Source of the DNA: Candidatus Izemoplasmatales bacterium
GTDB lineage: Bacteria; Bacillota_I; Bacilli_A; Izemoplasmatales; Hujiaoplasmataceae
Assembly (NCBI GenBank): GCA_050949045.1
Contig: JBMNEZ010000001.1
Coordinates: 32,001-96,000 of the forward strand
Direction: 5' to 3'
Length of the DNA: 64,000 bases
The position numbers and the translations under genes are program-made. Positions 30,547 to 41,007 of the stretch are shown in pieces. A model generated the notes under the pieces. It had not been told where the DNA came from and did not search any database. It was given only the letters and a program-made list of their open reading frames with translations. How positions within the stretch are numbered: position 1 is the first letter of the stretch; every line of letters starts with the position of its first letter.

Positions 30547-32977
30547 AGTTAGGTTCGCCTGGAAAAATATAATAAGAAACCTAGGAAACTCACTTTCTGT
30601 TTTTTTATCATTGGTTTTAACGATGATGTTGTTGGTTATCATATTCAATATGAGACTTTGTTTTGAAAGAACATATTATTATCAAGATAAAGAGAAATAC
30701 GGCGAAATTGATATCGTCATTACTTATGACGAGAATGCGACGGCAAGACTAGTCAACAGGCGGAAACTAATCAACAACTACCTTGACGACATCAAATCAC
30801 CACTTGTCTTTTTCAACTTGTTTGTGCTTGCGGGAACCAATGAAGAGACTTTCTACGTCGAGTTGATGTCTGCTTCCAAGGTTGATATGGAATTATTGAT
30901 TGGTGAAGACTTTACCAGTCTGGGATCACAGGAAGTGATTATCACTGAATCACTTGCCAAACAGCAAAGCCTTGGAGAAAATGCGCAATTAACTATCATG
31001 ATGCTTGGAAAGGAGTATATTTACACAATTGTTCAAATTGTTCCCGACAAAGGATTATTTTCCGGCGACACTGTTTTTGTCGATAAAAATACACTGATCA
31101 GCGATTTCTATGGGTTGAGCGGTCTCAATAATCTCGGGAACACGATCTATGTAGATGTAATCAATGAAACTGAAATCGATGCGGTTTTTGAGCAAATCAA
31201 AATTGACGAAGAATATCAAGACTATTTGATAATGAAAACGGTCAATGAAGAAATCAATCGCAATAGAGCAACGTATAACAGCACAATCATGATTGGAATC
31301 ACCGCTTTGGTTTTGATTGCGCTTGCGATGGTGGTCCATTCGCTGTTTCCGCTGATGTCACGGAAAGTAAACAAACAGTATGCTTTGATTCGGATTTTCG
31401 GAGGAGAAGATCAATTTGTCTTTTCTGTATGGATTATTGAGATTTTGATTCTAGCCATCATTGCTGGAATCCTAGGGACTGGTTTCGCTTTTCTCGTCGC
31501 CAACTTCAGTTCCCGCAGTTATGGCGTGAAAACAATCATCCATCTTGGATGGTGGCAGACTCTAGTTGCCCTTCTTTTGGTAGTTTCGCTCTTGATTGTA
31601 GAAGCCTGGGCGCGGTTCTCTCATATCAAGAAACAAGGGGTCATCTCATTGTCGAGCGATATTAGATATCAGAGAGTAAAACCACGACTTTGGTTTTTCC
31701 TTGTCTTGGCTGCTTTTTGTGCGATAACGATGGTCGCGAAACCTTTCAGTTATCCTGTCAATGCTCTGATCATAATCATTTCATGCATTATCGCATCATT
31801 TCTCGGCATTACGATTTTACTCTATGAGACTCCGAGATTGTCCCCGAAAAGGAAGCCGTCTCTTTTTGCTCGCTTCAATCTCAAGTATTTACGCGATAAT
31901 CGCTATATCCATCATTCTCTTGAAATCCTCTATGCCTGTCTGTTGGTGATCGTAACCGCTCTTTCAATCAGATCCCACATCATCCAAGAAACTGCGACTT
32001 TCAAGGAACAACTAAACTTTGACTATGCGATCACCAACATCTTTGATTACGACGACGAGTTGATCACTCAATTAGAAACCGTTTTTCCGGTTGACCACAC
32101 AGCCAGCATGAGTTTCAGCAGCGAGGCACTCTTTGATCTTGGCGGCAGCGAATTAAAGTTGTTCAGCTTTTGTATGATGATGCCTTATACCGCTTTTGTC
32201 GATAGTTTTGCCTTTACAACCAAGGTGAAGCCAACTCAGGAATTGCTGGCTTCAAAGGCCCCTTTTGCCTTGTTGCCGACTGATTACCGTTATACGCATC
32301 TTCTTGATGTCGGCGATACTATCTATTTGCATACGGATACTGAATATGGCATCATTTCTCTTGAGGTTGGCGGTTTTTTTGATGTTAGCTATCCTAATAT
32401 TATCTACACTAATCTCTCTGAAGTTGACGAATATGCATCTTTGTTTCCGATGAACACCGTCATCGTCAATTCAGATCGGGATCTTTTGGCCGATTTGGCC
32501 ACCACTTATGGTGAAGAAATGTATTATATCGTTCCAATTGATGATTTGATCAATTACTATGGTTCAATGTATCAAACCGCGGCCGATCTTGCGCTTGCCA
32601 TGGTCGGCGTCGTAATTGCCAGTTTCATGATCGTAATCATTAACAACACGTTGCTTGTGTTCCAAACCATTAAGGGGGACTATGCTAAACTGAGAGTTAT
32701 GGGAGCCGGATTCAAAAACTTATTTGGGTCGTTAGCCAAGGAGGTCTTGATCTCGCTTGCGGTGATCATGATATTCTTCATTCCATCGATCATGGTTTTC
32801 ACAAAAGCCCTTCCCAAACTGATGCTCTTTTTCAACTATCATCGAGAGATCATCCCAAAAATCGGTACGATCATTTTGGGAATCGCCCTTGTAACGATTG
32901 CGTTCTCAGCCAGTTATCTTATCTATGCCCACAAAGTAAAGAGACTTGATTTGATTGCGGAAATCAAGTATGAATAA
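30527..32977 (+). CDS. FtsX-like ABC permease
   Basis: Two FtsX-type TM blocks with large extracytoplasmic loops; overlaps the ATPase gene. Confidence 0.85.
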   Translation: MKELGFKVRFAWKNIIRNLGNSLSVFLSLVLTMMLLVIIFNMRLCFERTYYYQDKEKYGEIDIVITYDENATARLVNRRKLINNYLDDIKSPLVFFNLFVLAGTNEETFYVELMSASKVDMELLIGEDFTSLGSQEVIITESLAKQQSLGENAQLTIMMLGKEYIYTIVQIVPDKGLFSGDTVFVDKNTLISDFYGLSGLNNLGNTIYVDVINETEIDAVFEQIKIDEEYQDYLIMKTVNEEINRNRATYNSTIMIGITALVLIALAMVVHSLFPLMSRKVNKQYALIRIFGGEDQFVFSVWIIEILILAIIAGILGTGFAFLVANFSSRSYGVKTIIHLGWWQTLVALLLVVSLLIVEAWARFSHIKKQGVISLSSDIRYQRVKPRLWFFLVLAAFCAITMVAKPFSYPVNALIIIISCIIASFLGITILLYETPRLSPKRKPSLFARFNLKYLRDNRYIHHSLEILYACLLVIVTALSIRSHIIQETATFKEQLNFDYAITNIFDYDDELITQLETVFPVDHTASMSFSSEALFDLGGSELKLFSFCMMMPYTAFVDSFAFTTKVKPTQELLASKAPFALLPTDYRYTHLLDVGDTIYLHTDTEYGIISLEVGGFFDVSYPNIIYTNLSEVDEYASLFPMNTVIVNSDRDLLADLATTYGEEMYYIVPIDDLINYYGSMYQTAADLALAMVGVVIASFMIVIINNTLLVFQTIKGDYAKLRVMGAGFKNLFGSLAKEVLISLAVIMIFFIPSIMVFTKALPKLMLFFNYHREIIPKIGTIILGIALVTIAFSASYLIYAHKVKRLDLIAEIKYE

Positions 32978-33019
32978 CTAAGGAGTCATAACTTAAACGA
33001 GAGAGAGTTTTGTAAGAGC

Positions 33020-33260
33020 CGCAAATAATTTTAAAAATTTATTTGACTTTGGTTTTTGATCTCATCTTCATTTTTACGCTCTTTATGATTGATTGTTCTT
33101 TCCGGAATGCCATGCTTTTTTGCTAAATATGCATATGATTTACCATCGCATACTTTTTCAAAAATACCCATTTATTTAAACTCTTTTATGTGTTTTTTTA
33201 ATGTTTTGCTATGTTTAGCAATTAAAAAACACCTCCCATATTTTAGACATATATGAAGGT
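33020..33260 (-). mobile_element. Decayed IS3-family orfA remnant
   Basis: RBS GGGAGGTG, then broken frames AKHSKTLKKHIKEF / DGKSYAYLAKKHGIPERTI (HTH-like). Confidence 0.5.
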
Positions 33261-33302
33261 GTTTAAAAATAATTTGATAATTTCGCTTACGGTTATGAAA
33301 AG

Positions 33303-33354
33303 TGATACTGTACCTCTTAATATATAAAAGTCTTTAAATGGGGTTCATTCTACA
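33303..33354. mobile_element. 52-bp segment bounded by IS3-like terminal inverted repeats (TG...CA)
   Basis: Left TGATACTGTACCTCTTAA; right, read on the minus strand, TGTAGAATGAACCCCATTTA. Confidence 0.45.
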
Positions 33355-33368
33355 GCCGGAGGCGCTTT

Positions 33369-34244
33369 TTATACATCCACACCGAGAACACTCTTGATAA
33401 GCATGCCGATAAGAAAGGAAATCGCTGAAACCGAGAGGCTGATGATTGTCATTTGAAGAAATCGTTTCCGGAAAGGAAGCCCCTTGGCAACCGAAATGTA
33501 AAAATTGAAAAAGAAGATGATCAGGATGACGGTTCCAAGCATAACCCCAAGTGCAACGAAATGGTTTTCAATAACCAGATAGGGGAGCACCAGCAACGCG
33601 ACAGTCATAATGTAGGCGATCCCGGTATATAGAGCGGATTTGAGAGCATTTGGGTTGTTTTCAGCTTTTGCGCTCAGGTATTCGCTGGCCGCCATCGACA
33701 TACTCGCTGCGATGCCCGTGATTAAGCCGGACAAACTGATCAAAGCAGTGTTTGCGATAGCAAACGTCAAGCCGGCAAGCGTTCCGGATAATTCAACCAA
33801 GGCATCGTTCAAACCAAGAACCATCGAACCGACATAATTCAGCCTTTCTTCGTCGAGCATCGCAATTAGTTCGTGTTCGTGTTCGTCTTCCTCAAGCGCG
33901 ATGCGATTGGCTTCCTCGACATATTCGCCGATCATTTCATAGTTTTTCTTGGCTTTGCTTTCTCCTCTTTCCATAATTTTGAGAGCAAAGGTATAGCCAA
34001 AGATGATTGAAAGCAGATTGTAAAAGAATATCATCAACCGGTTGGGACGGGCGGGTTTGCCAAGATATTTTTGCCAGATGTCATGATGGGCCTTTTCTTG
34101 GGAGGCGATTCGGATCAGGATTTCCCGATTGTTTGGATTCTTGACGCGTTTGGCAATTTTGTTGTACACATGATATTCGGTTATTTCGTTTTTTTGAAGG
34201 GTTTTGATGGCTTTCTGAATATGGATAGGAATATTATTGCTCAT
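33369..34244 (-). CDS. Rubrerythrin-like + VIT1/CCC1 iron exporter (MbfA-like)
   Basis: ExxH motifs (EKAH, EDEH), VLGLNDALVE, SMAASEYLS. Confidence 0.9.
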   Translation of the reverse strand: MSNNIPIHIQKAIKTLQKNEITEYHVYNKIAKRVKNPNNREILIRIASQEKAHHDIWQKYLGKPARPNRLMIFFYNLLSIIFGYTFALKIMERGESKAKKNYEMIGEYVEEANRIALEEDEHEHELIAMLDEERLNYVGSMVLGLNDALVELSGTLAGLTFAIANTALISLSGLITGIAASMSMAASEYLSAKAENNPNALKSALYTGIAYIMTVALLVLPYLVIENHFVALGVMLGTVILIIFFFNFYISVAKGLPFRKRFLQMTIISLSVSAISFLIGMLIKSVLGVDV

Positions 34245-34530
34245 GTTCTCCTCCTTAAATCAAATCTATGATATCACAAACCGGAAGAAAACCAGTATTA
34301 ACGAACGCATTTATGCCAAAAACGCACATGATGATAAACTTATCATAAAAAGCAGATTTATTTGATTTGACAATATGAAATAATCGGAATGCATTTCGTT
34401 GAGGTAACGTCATTCAGACAGATGCTGTTTTGCGGCGATATTTACGATTTAACCAACATTGTTTTCTTTGTCTGTGGCAAAATTCACGTAATGAGAGTAT
34501 AATTATTTTTGGATAAGGAGGGTATCAACT

Positions 34531-35550
34531 ATGCAAAACCGGATCACAAAATCTCAGCCTCTTCTCAATGACAAAGGCGGTCTAGCAAATCCCGGATACG
34601 CAACCTACCCATTTTTCGTCTATGATCGCAAAGCGATCAAGGCTTCGGTGTGGCGAATCAAGGAATGGGACTACTATTGCACGATCGGTGACGGGTTCGG
34701 TTTTTCCTGTGTCATCGCCGATCTCGGCTACAGCGCCATGGTCACAGCTACCTTTTTGGATTTCGAGACAGGCATAAACTATAAAAAGACCAAATTGCTT
34801 TGGTTTGTCTTCGGCAAAATGAATATGCCATCCTCGTCTCTTGAAGGAAATGTCTCATACCATGGGGGTGGCTTTGATTTTGATTTTGTGAGAAATGATA
34901 ACGAAAGGCTTATCAAAATCAAAATCAAGAAATTTCATCAGGGAACCGATTTGATTTGTGACTTGAAAATGAGAGATATGAAAGACGATTCGCTTGTGAT
35001 AGCGACTCCATGGAAAGAGAACCCTCTTGCTTTTTATTACAATCAAAAAATCAATTGTATGCCGACAGAAGGGAATGTGGTCTTTAATGGAAAAGAATAT
35101 CGTTTTTTTGACACAAAAGACTTTTCCGTTCTCGACTGGGGAAGAGGAGTCTGGACATACAAAAACACTTGGTATTGGGCCAGCGTGTCCGGTCTTGCGG
35201 ATGGTCTCCGTTTCGGGTTGAATCTCGGATACGGCTTCGGGGACACGAGCGCAGCCACGGAAAACATCATTTTTTTTGATGGCGTCGCTCATAAACTTGA
35301 CCAAGTCAAATTCGAGATCCAGGAACCCGATTTCATGAAGCCATGGCGTTTTACCGACAATGAAGGACGGTTGGAAGTCGTCATGGAACCTTTGTTAGAC
35401 CGTCAGGACACAATGAATCTGGGGATCATCAAAAACCTCGGACACCAAGTGTTCGGTAAAATGTCGGGTTATTTTATCTTGGATGACGCGAGGAAAATCA
35501 AATTCAAAGATGTTATCGGTTTTGCCGAGAAAATTACGAACCACTATTAG
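34531..35550 (+). CDS. DUF2804 family protein
   Basis: RIKEWDYY, FYYNQKIN, LDWGRGVW, HQVFG, GFAE. Confidence 0.8.
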   Translation: MQNRITKSQPLLNDKGGLANPGYATYPFFVYDRKAIKASVWRIKEWDYYCTIGDGFGFSCVIADLGYSAMVTATFLDFETGINYKKTKLLWFVFGKMNMPSSSLEGNVSYHGGGFDFDFVRNDNERLIKIKIKKFHQGTDLICDLKMRDMKDDSLVIATPWKENPLAFYYNQKINCMPTEGNVVFNGKEYRFFDTKDFSVLDWGRGVWTYKNTWYWASVSGLADGLRFGLNLGYGFGDTSAATENIIFFDGVAHKLDQVKFEIQEPDFMKPWRFTDNEGRLEVVMEPLLDRQDTMNLGIIKNLGHQVFGKMSGYFILDDARKIKFKDVIGFAEKITNHY

Positions 35551-35559
35551 GAGGGCATT

Positions 35560-35874
35560 ATGACGGACAAAGAGATTTATGAATTGCTATTGAAAGAAGA
35601 TGCTTTTGATAACATTGAGCTTACAGATGACGACGGAAAGGTCTTTGAACTCGAGCAGATCGGAACCATCCCCATGCATGGAGTGGTATATGCGATTCTG
35701 AGTCTTCTTAAAATCAATGGTGAGTTAGTAGACGAAGAAGACCAAGGCCTCGTGATGCTCGAACTGGACTACGACGAAGAAAGCGATGAGTATTATGTAT
35801 CCACGATTGAGGATGATGAGTTATTCGATGAAGTAATCGAGGAATTTGAAAAATTGCCCGAATTCGATAACTGA
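35560..35874 (+). CDS. DUF1292-like acidic protein
   Basis: IELTDDDGKVFE...IEDDELFDEV. Confidence 0.7.
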   Translation: MTDKEIYELLLKEDAFDNIELTDDDGKVFELEQIGTIPMHGVVYAILSLLKINGELVDEEDQGLVMLELDYDEESDEYYVSTIEDDELFDEVIEEFEKLPEFDN

Positions 35875-35958
35875 AAATGACCTGTATATTTTTTTGTGTT
35901 TTTATGGTATCATAGCAGTATCGTTTTTAGAAATTGATAAGGAGGTTTTGAAATTACG

Positions 35959-36336
35959 ATGAACATTTATTATTGCAAGCACTGTAAGCGAATATGCTAT
36001 ACATATCCAGTTGACAGCACATTGGTCTGTTGTGGCGATGAAATGACCTTGTTACAGCCGAAAACCACTGAACAAGGCAACGAAAAACACTTGCCAGTTG
36101 TTGAAAGAGTGGCCCCCAATCAAATCCAGGTCATGATTGGCAGCGTCGCCCACCCGATGATTCCCGAACACTATATTCAATGGATTTTCATCGCTCAGGA
36201 TACTTCTTACCAGATCAAGACGTTAAAACCCGAAGAAGAGCCCAAAGCGCTCTTTTACATCAATCCTAAAGAAGACATCAAAGTATACGAGTTTTGTAAT
36301 CTTCACGGTCTCTGGATGACAGAAGTCAGAAAATAA
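35959..36336 (+). CDS. Desulfoferrodoxin / superoxide reductase
   Basis: CxxC...CCG, EKHLP, HPM..EHYIQWI, CNLHGLW. Confidence 0.93.
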   Translation: MNIYYCKHCKRICYTYPVDSTLVCCGDEMTLLQPKTTEQGNEKHLPVVERVAPNQIQVMIGSVAHPMIPEHYIQWIFIAQDTSYQIKTLKPEEEPKALFYINPKEDIKVYEFCNLHGLWMTEVRK

Positions 36337-36351
36337 TGTTATGTTATTCAT

Positions 36352-36380
36352 AAAATTGAATCCCCGGATTCAATTTTTTT
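36352..36380 (+). terminator. Intrinsic terminator
   Basis: AAAATTGAATCC-CC-GGATTCAATTTTTT. Confidence 0.7.
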
Positions 36381-36436
36381 GCCAGAATCAAAAAGCGGAT
36401 AGTTATGCTGTAAAAAATTAGGCAGGGAGTGAAACG

Positions 36437-37276
36437 ATGTCGTTTATTGAAGCAATCAAGTATTTGATTTTGGGACTGGTTCAGGGCATAACCGAAGTAT
36501 TGCCGATATCTTCCAGCGGACATGTCGAATTGATGCAGGAAATTATCGGAGTTGGTGCTTCCGAAGGCTTGTTGTTCCTTGTTTTGGTCAATACAGGATC
36601 ACTGATCACACTAATGTTCGTGTTCCGCAAACAGATTATTGCGATTATCAAAGACTTTGTTCTCTTCGTATTTAATAAAGAAACACGAGATAAGACAAGG
36701 CCGAATTTTTTGTTCGGTGTTAAACTGATAATTGCAAGCATCCCTGCTGCTATCATTGGCTTTTTTTTCCAAGACATTTTTGACAATATGCTTGTTGAGT
36801 ATGGAACACTGGTTTCAGGAATTGGCCTGCTTTTCACTGGAACCGTGCTGATCTTCATCAACTACAACCGGTTTCGAAGCGGTTATACTGACCTCAATTT
36901 TATCGATTGCATCTGGATGGGAATTGCTCAGGCGATCGCCTTGTTTCCGGGAATATCGCGTTCGGGAATGACAGCAGGCACCGGAATCAAACGAGGAGTA
37001 GGAGTCAAAACAGCAATTGAGTTTTCTTTTATGATGTACATTCCGGCATCGATCGGGGCTTTACTTTTACAAATCTACAAAGGCTTCAAAGAAGGTTATG
37101 CAGTTCCTTCTGTTCATCATTATTATTACTATATTATTGCATTTTTCAGCGCCGTTGTCGCGACATTCATCTCTTTCAAAATGGTGTTTCACATTTTCCA
37201 AAGGGGAAGATTGAACTATTTTGGTTTCTATTGTCTGGCAATCGGCATCTTGTCAATTGCACTTTTCATTGTCTGA
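36437..37276 (+). CDS. uppP: Undecaprenyl-diphosphate phosphatase (BacA)
   Basis: QGITEVLPISSSGH, PGISRSG. Confidence 0.93.
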   Translation: MSFIEAIKYLILGLVQGITEVLPISSSGHVELMQEIIGVGASEGLLFLVLVNTGSLITLMFVFRKQIIAIIKDFVLFVFNKETRDKTRPNFLFGVKLIIASIPAAIIGFFFQDIFDNMLVEYGTLVSGIGLLFTGTVLIFINYNRFRSGYTDLNFIDCIWMGIAQAIALFPGISRSGMTAGTGIKRGVGVKTAIEFSFMMYIPASIGALLLQIYKGFKEGYAVPSVHHYYYYIIAFFSAVVATFISFKMVFHIFQRGRLNYFGFYCLAIGILSIALFIV

Positions 37277-37384
37277 TGAAAGGTGTCTGAGCGACAATTT
37301 GATGATAGGGTTTGAGTTTGCCGGCGATTTAAGGTAGAATAGAATGAGCCAATTCTAACAACTGCTACCAAGGAGGAAAGGAAT

Positions 37385-38125
37385 ATGGATGAAAACGTCA
37401 AGCAAGAACAAGTCATTGAAGAAGGAATAACACTGCAAGACCTTTTAAGAATAATTTGGAACAACATAATTTTGATCAGTCTCGTCACCTTGTGGGTGAC
37501 TGTCTTCGGTATTATCTATACATTTGTTATTGTTGAACCGAAGTACACCGCCGAGACCGCGGTTATGGTCCAAGTCGATTGGTCGGAGTCCGGCACCAGC
37601 GAACAATCAGCTATCAGTATCGCCAACGCCTTGATGACGACTTACAAGGATTTTGTCATATCGAAATTGGTCTTGGACAGCGTTATCGAGGATGTGGAAG
37701 ATATTGGGGATCTGTCAACCAAAAAACTCAAGAAGATGATCTCCATTTCAAGCACAACCGGAGCTTACATGATTTACATTTCCGTCGAACATTCGAATCC
37801 AGCATTAGCCAAGACAATTGCCGACAAAATTGTTGAAAACTCGATTTCGATCGCCGATGACGAAGAGCAAGGGTTTTTGTTTCTCCAAAACAAGCTTAAG
37901 TTGGTTTATCCGGCCGAACTGCCGGTTGAGCCCAGCTCTCCCAACAAGGTTTTGAATATTGTTATCAGCGCTCTTCTAGGCGGCATTCTTTCGTTGGGGA
38001 TCGTTTTTCTCAAAGAACTCTTCAATAATAAATACCTAACCAAGGAAGATCTTGAAAAACATCTAAATCTTCGTGTTCTCGCTACTGTTCCGGGAACAAT
38101 CAAAGAAAGAAAGCTGGTGGAGTAG
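37385..38125 (+). CDS. Wzz/CpsC chain-length determinant
   Basis: ITLQDLLRII, P.YTA, P..PSSPN and two TM segments. Confidence 0.88.
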   Translation: MDENVKQEQVIEEGITLQDLLRIIWNNIILISLVTLWVTVFGIIYTFVIVEPKYTAETAVMVQVDWSESGTSEQSAISIANALMTTYKDFVISKLVLDSVIEDVEDIGDLSTKKLKKMISISSTTGAYMIYISVEHSNPALAKTIADKIVENSISIADDEEQGFLFLQNKLKLVYPAELPVEPSSPNKVLNIVISALLGGILSLGIVFLKELFNNKYLTKEDLEKHLNLRVLATVPGTIKERKLVE

Positions 38126-38797
38126 ATGGATTTCTTCGAATATCGCAACGTTGTCATTGAAACGCCTAATTCTCTCGAAGCAGAAGCTTACCGCAAACTT
38201 GAACTGAATATCCAAATGATGTCGATCGACAAAAAGACACAGGTCATCCAATGCACGTCGGCGATTCCGGAAGACGGCAAGACAACAACTTCGATCAATC
38301 TCGCTGCCGTATACTCAGAAAAAGGGAAGAAGGTAATTATCCTCGATTTTGACATGCGTCGGCCCAAAATCCATCGGGCTTTTCACAAGCCCAACGACAA
38401 AGGGTTTTATGATTACATCAATGAAGATGTGCCATGGCGCGACCTTGTGATCCATGATGAGAGCAACATTGATCTCATACTCACCGGGAGGCATATTTCT
38501 TTCCCCCATATCGTGCTTGAATCACATAAGACCAAAAATTTGATCAACGAACTTAGGCAGGAATATGATTACATCATTATTGACTCGCCGCCGGTCTTGT
38601 CGGTGACGGACGCCATCATCATCAGTACTTTAGTTGATGGCGTAATCTATGTCGTAGCTTACAAAAAAACAAAGAAAGAAGATGCCAAACAAGGCCTGAT
38701 TCAGCTCCAGAAGAATAACGCTCGCGTTCTCGGAAGCGTATTTGCCAATGTCGATGTCCGCAAAAGCAGGACGGGCTATTACGGATATTATTACTGA
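38126..38797 (+). CDS. CpsD/CapB bacterial tyrosine kinase
   Basis: EAYR, Walker A PEDGKTT, DFDMRRP, DSPP, C-terminal tyrosine cluster GYYGYYY. Confidence 0.92.
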   Translation: MDFFEYRNVVIETPNSLEAEAYRKLELNIQMMSIDKKTQVIQCTSAIPEDGKTTTSINLAAVYSEKGKKVIILDFDMRRPKIHRAFHKPNDKGFYDYINEDVPWRDLVIHDESNIDLILTGRHISFPHIVLESHKTKNLINELRQEYDYIIIDSPPVLSVTDAIIISTLVDGVIYVVAYKKTKKEDAKQGLIQLQKNNARVLGSVFANVDVRKSRTGYYGYYY

Positions 38798-38818
38798 TTT
38801 TTGATAAGGAATCTATTC

Positions 38819-39511
38819 ATGGTTGATATTCATTCTCACGCATTGCCTTTTGTCGATGATGGAGCCAAATCGATGAGTGATGCCTTGGCAATGATCGAAA
38901 GAGCCATCGCCTGCGGCGTGACCGATTTGTTCTTGACGCCACACTACAGGCCTTATCAAGATTTTTTGGCCACCCCCCAGAGAATCCGAGCCCTTTTTGC
39001 AAAAGTCGTCAGCCAGGTTCAGAATCGGAATCTAAATATTAGACTTCATTTAGGGAACGAGATCTTTTATTCTATTGAGGTTATCGATCTATTAAGGAAA
39101 GACAAAGTCCTCAAAATGGGAAACAGCGACATGGTTTTGATCGAGTTTGCGACCGGCGACGACCATGAGACTATAATTGAGGCCGTACATAATTTGGTTT
39201 CCCTCAAACTCAGACCGATTATCGCCCACGTCGAGCGCTACGAAAAACTCAGAAATCATGAATATTACTCGGGGCTTAAGCGAATGGGGGCTTTGATCCA
39301 AGTTAACGCGGGAGCGGTTCTAGGACATTATGGGAAGCCACTGCAAAAGCGCGTATGCCTGCTTATAAAACACAAACTGGTAGATTTCATTGCTTCCGAT
39401 GCCCATGACGAATTCGGAAGTTGTCTTAAGGACGCAAGATTGTTTGTTGAGAAGAAATTCGGCTTTCAGACTGCCGAATCTCTTCTCAATAACAAAAGTA
39501 TCTTGATATAA
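38819..39511 (+). CDS. CpsB/CapC PHP-family tyrosine phosphatase
   Basis: DIHSH, DDG, TPH, AHVERY, ASDAH. Confidence 0.92.
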   Translation: MVDIHSHALPFVDDGAKSMSDALAMIERAIACGVTDLFLTPHYRPYQDFLATPQRIRALFAKVVSQVQNRNLNIRLHLGNEIFYSIEVIDLLRKDKVLKMGNSDMVLIEFATGDDHETIIEAVHNLVSLKLRPIIAHVERYEKLRNHEYYSGLKRMGALIQVNAGAVLGHYGKPLQKRVCLLIKHKLVDFIASDAHDEFGSCLKDARLFVEKKFGFQTAESLLNNKSILI

Positions 39512-39720
39512 TTTAAATTATCAACCATTAAGCGATTATTGTATTATCACAACAATCAGAGTTGTCACTTCTCTTTCTGCGTATTTTTCTTTGAATATGG
39601 ATTATCTCTCGCCGCGGTGCTCTTCCGTGTTGCCCTTGAAAATATGTGGGTAGCAACCTTTACAGATGCAATATAAAGGCTTGACTAAGTCTTTTATTTT
39701 TCAGAAAGAGTGATGAAATT

Positions 39721-40410
39721 ATGAAGAATACTTATGTTTTAATTGCGGACGATGAATACAGGATTCGCAAGTTGCTTTCAGAATTCCTTATACGGGAAGG
39801 ATATAAAGTGATCGAAGCAGCTGACGGCGAAGAAACAATCAACATTCTTTTCAACACTAAAACCAAGATTAATTTGGTTATTCTCGATGTTATGATGCCA
39901 AAATACGACGGCTGGTTTGTCCTTGAGAGAATTCGCGAATTTTCAACGATTCCTGTTATCATGCTTATGGCCAGAAACGATGATAATGATCAATTAAGGG
40001 GATTTAAACTTGGTGCCAATGATTATGTGACAAAGCCTTTTTCTCCAAGTGTTCTGATGGATCGCGTCAACAGCATCCTTAAAAAGGATCGAAACTATGA
40101 CGATGATATCGTATTTGGGGTTATCAGGATTTCTTTGAAATCAAGGGAAGTATTCATCGAAGATTTGAAGATCGAATTAACTCCGAAGGAATTTGAGTTG
40201 TTAAAGTATTTTATTGAAAACAAGGGAGTCGCGCTCTCGCGTGATAAGATCCTCAATGCCGTTTGGAATTATGATTACTTTGGTGATTTGCGCACTGTTG
40301 ATACGCATATCAAACAACTAAGATCAAAGCTAGGGTTTTTTGGTTACTACATATCTACGGTAAGAAAGATCGGCTATCGTCTAGACATTGAAAATGAAAT
40401 TGTCGAGTAG
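39721..40410 (+). CDS. OmpR-family response regulator
   Basis: ADDE, LDVMMP, DYVTKPF, wHTH LTPKEFELL...RTVDTHIKQLR. Confidence 0.9.
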   Translation: MKNTYVLIADDEYRIRKLLSEFLIREGYKVIEAADGEETINILFNTKTKINLVILDVMMPKYDGWFVLERIREFSTIPVIMLMARNDDNDQLRGFKLGANDYVTKPFSPSVLMDRVNSILKKDRNYDDDIVFGVIRISLKSREVFIEDLKIELTPKEFELLKYFIENKGVALSRDKILNAVWNYDYFGDLRTVDTHIKQLRSKLGFFGYYISTVRKIGYRLDIENEIVE

Positions 40411-40860
40411 GGAGAAATCATTCTTATTTGTTTATAGATTGCTCTAACTTCTCATCATTTTGAATAATTTCTTTTTGGAGTGCGATTCTCTCATGGTTGG
40501 GAAAGGCTCACTCGTTGGGATTTTTCCGATTCGAAACAGCCTATCATGCCCATAGAGGGTATTGCCTAATTTCATTGCGGATTTGATTTACTACTTTGAC
40601 TATAAAAATCATCGAATTTCGATTGATATTGATTATGTTAAATGGCTAAAACTGGCTATTTACAACAATGGAGTCTCTATCCGCAAATCGGAGATGTGTT
40701 GAATTTAGAATAACTACTATACTAGATAAAGCATGAACAAAAAGTTACGATGGCGGGGCTTGCACTCAATGTTTCCCAGATTGTCCCTGAAAACAATGGA
40801 TTCATTTTTGGGTTTTCAAATCAATATTAGGATGTAGAGTATTCTTTATCATTGTCCAAT
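40394..40860 (+). pseudogene. Decayed sensor histidine kinase
   Basis: ATG overlaps the regulator's end; degraded HATPase boxes LAIYNNGVSI / YYTLDKA*TKSYDG / GLALNVS with stops and frameshifts. Confidence 0.65.
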
Positions 40861-41007
40861 GATCATTATTGTGCAACCAAGAACATCCCAAATAAAATGT
40901 TGGGTATTCGCCCTTTTTAGGTACTATATCTTTCTAATATCCTTGTATTTTTTGGGCTGTTATGATAAAATCCATTTATAATGTAATGTTTTATTCGGGG
41001 GACAGCT

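Noticed and set aside
40616..40643. dif/pdif-like 11-6-11 site ATTTCGATTGA-TATTGA-TTATGTTAAAT
   Set aside because: The right arm matches the proteobacterial XerD arm, but the left arm lacks the inner ATAA. It lies within kinase-pseudogene sequence in AT-rich DNA, so chance is likely.
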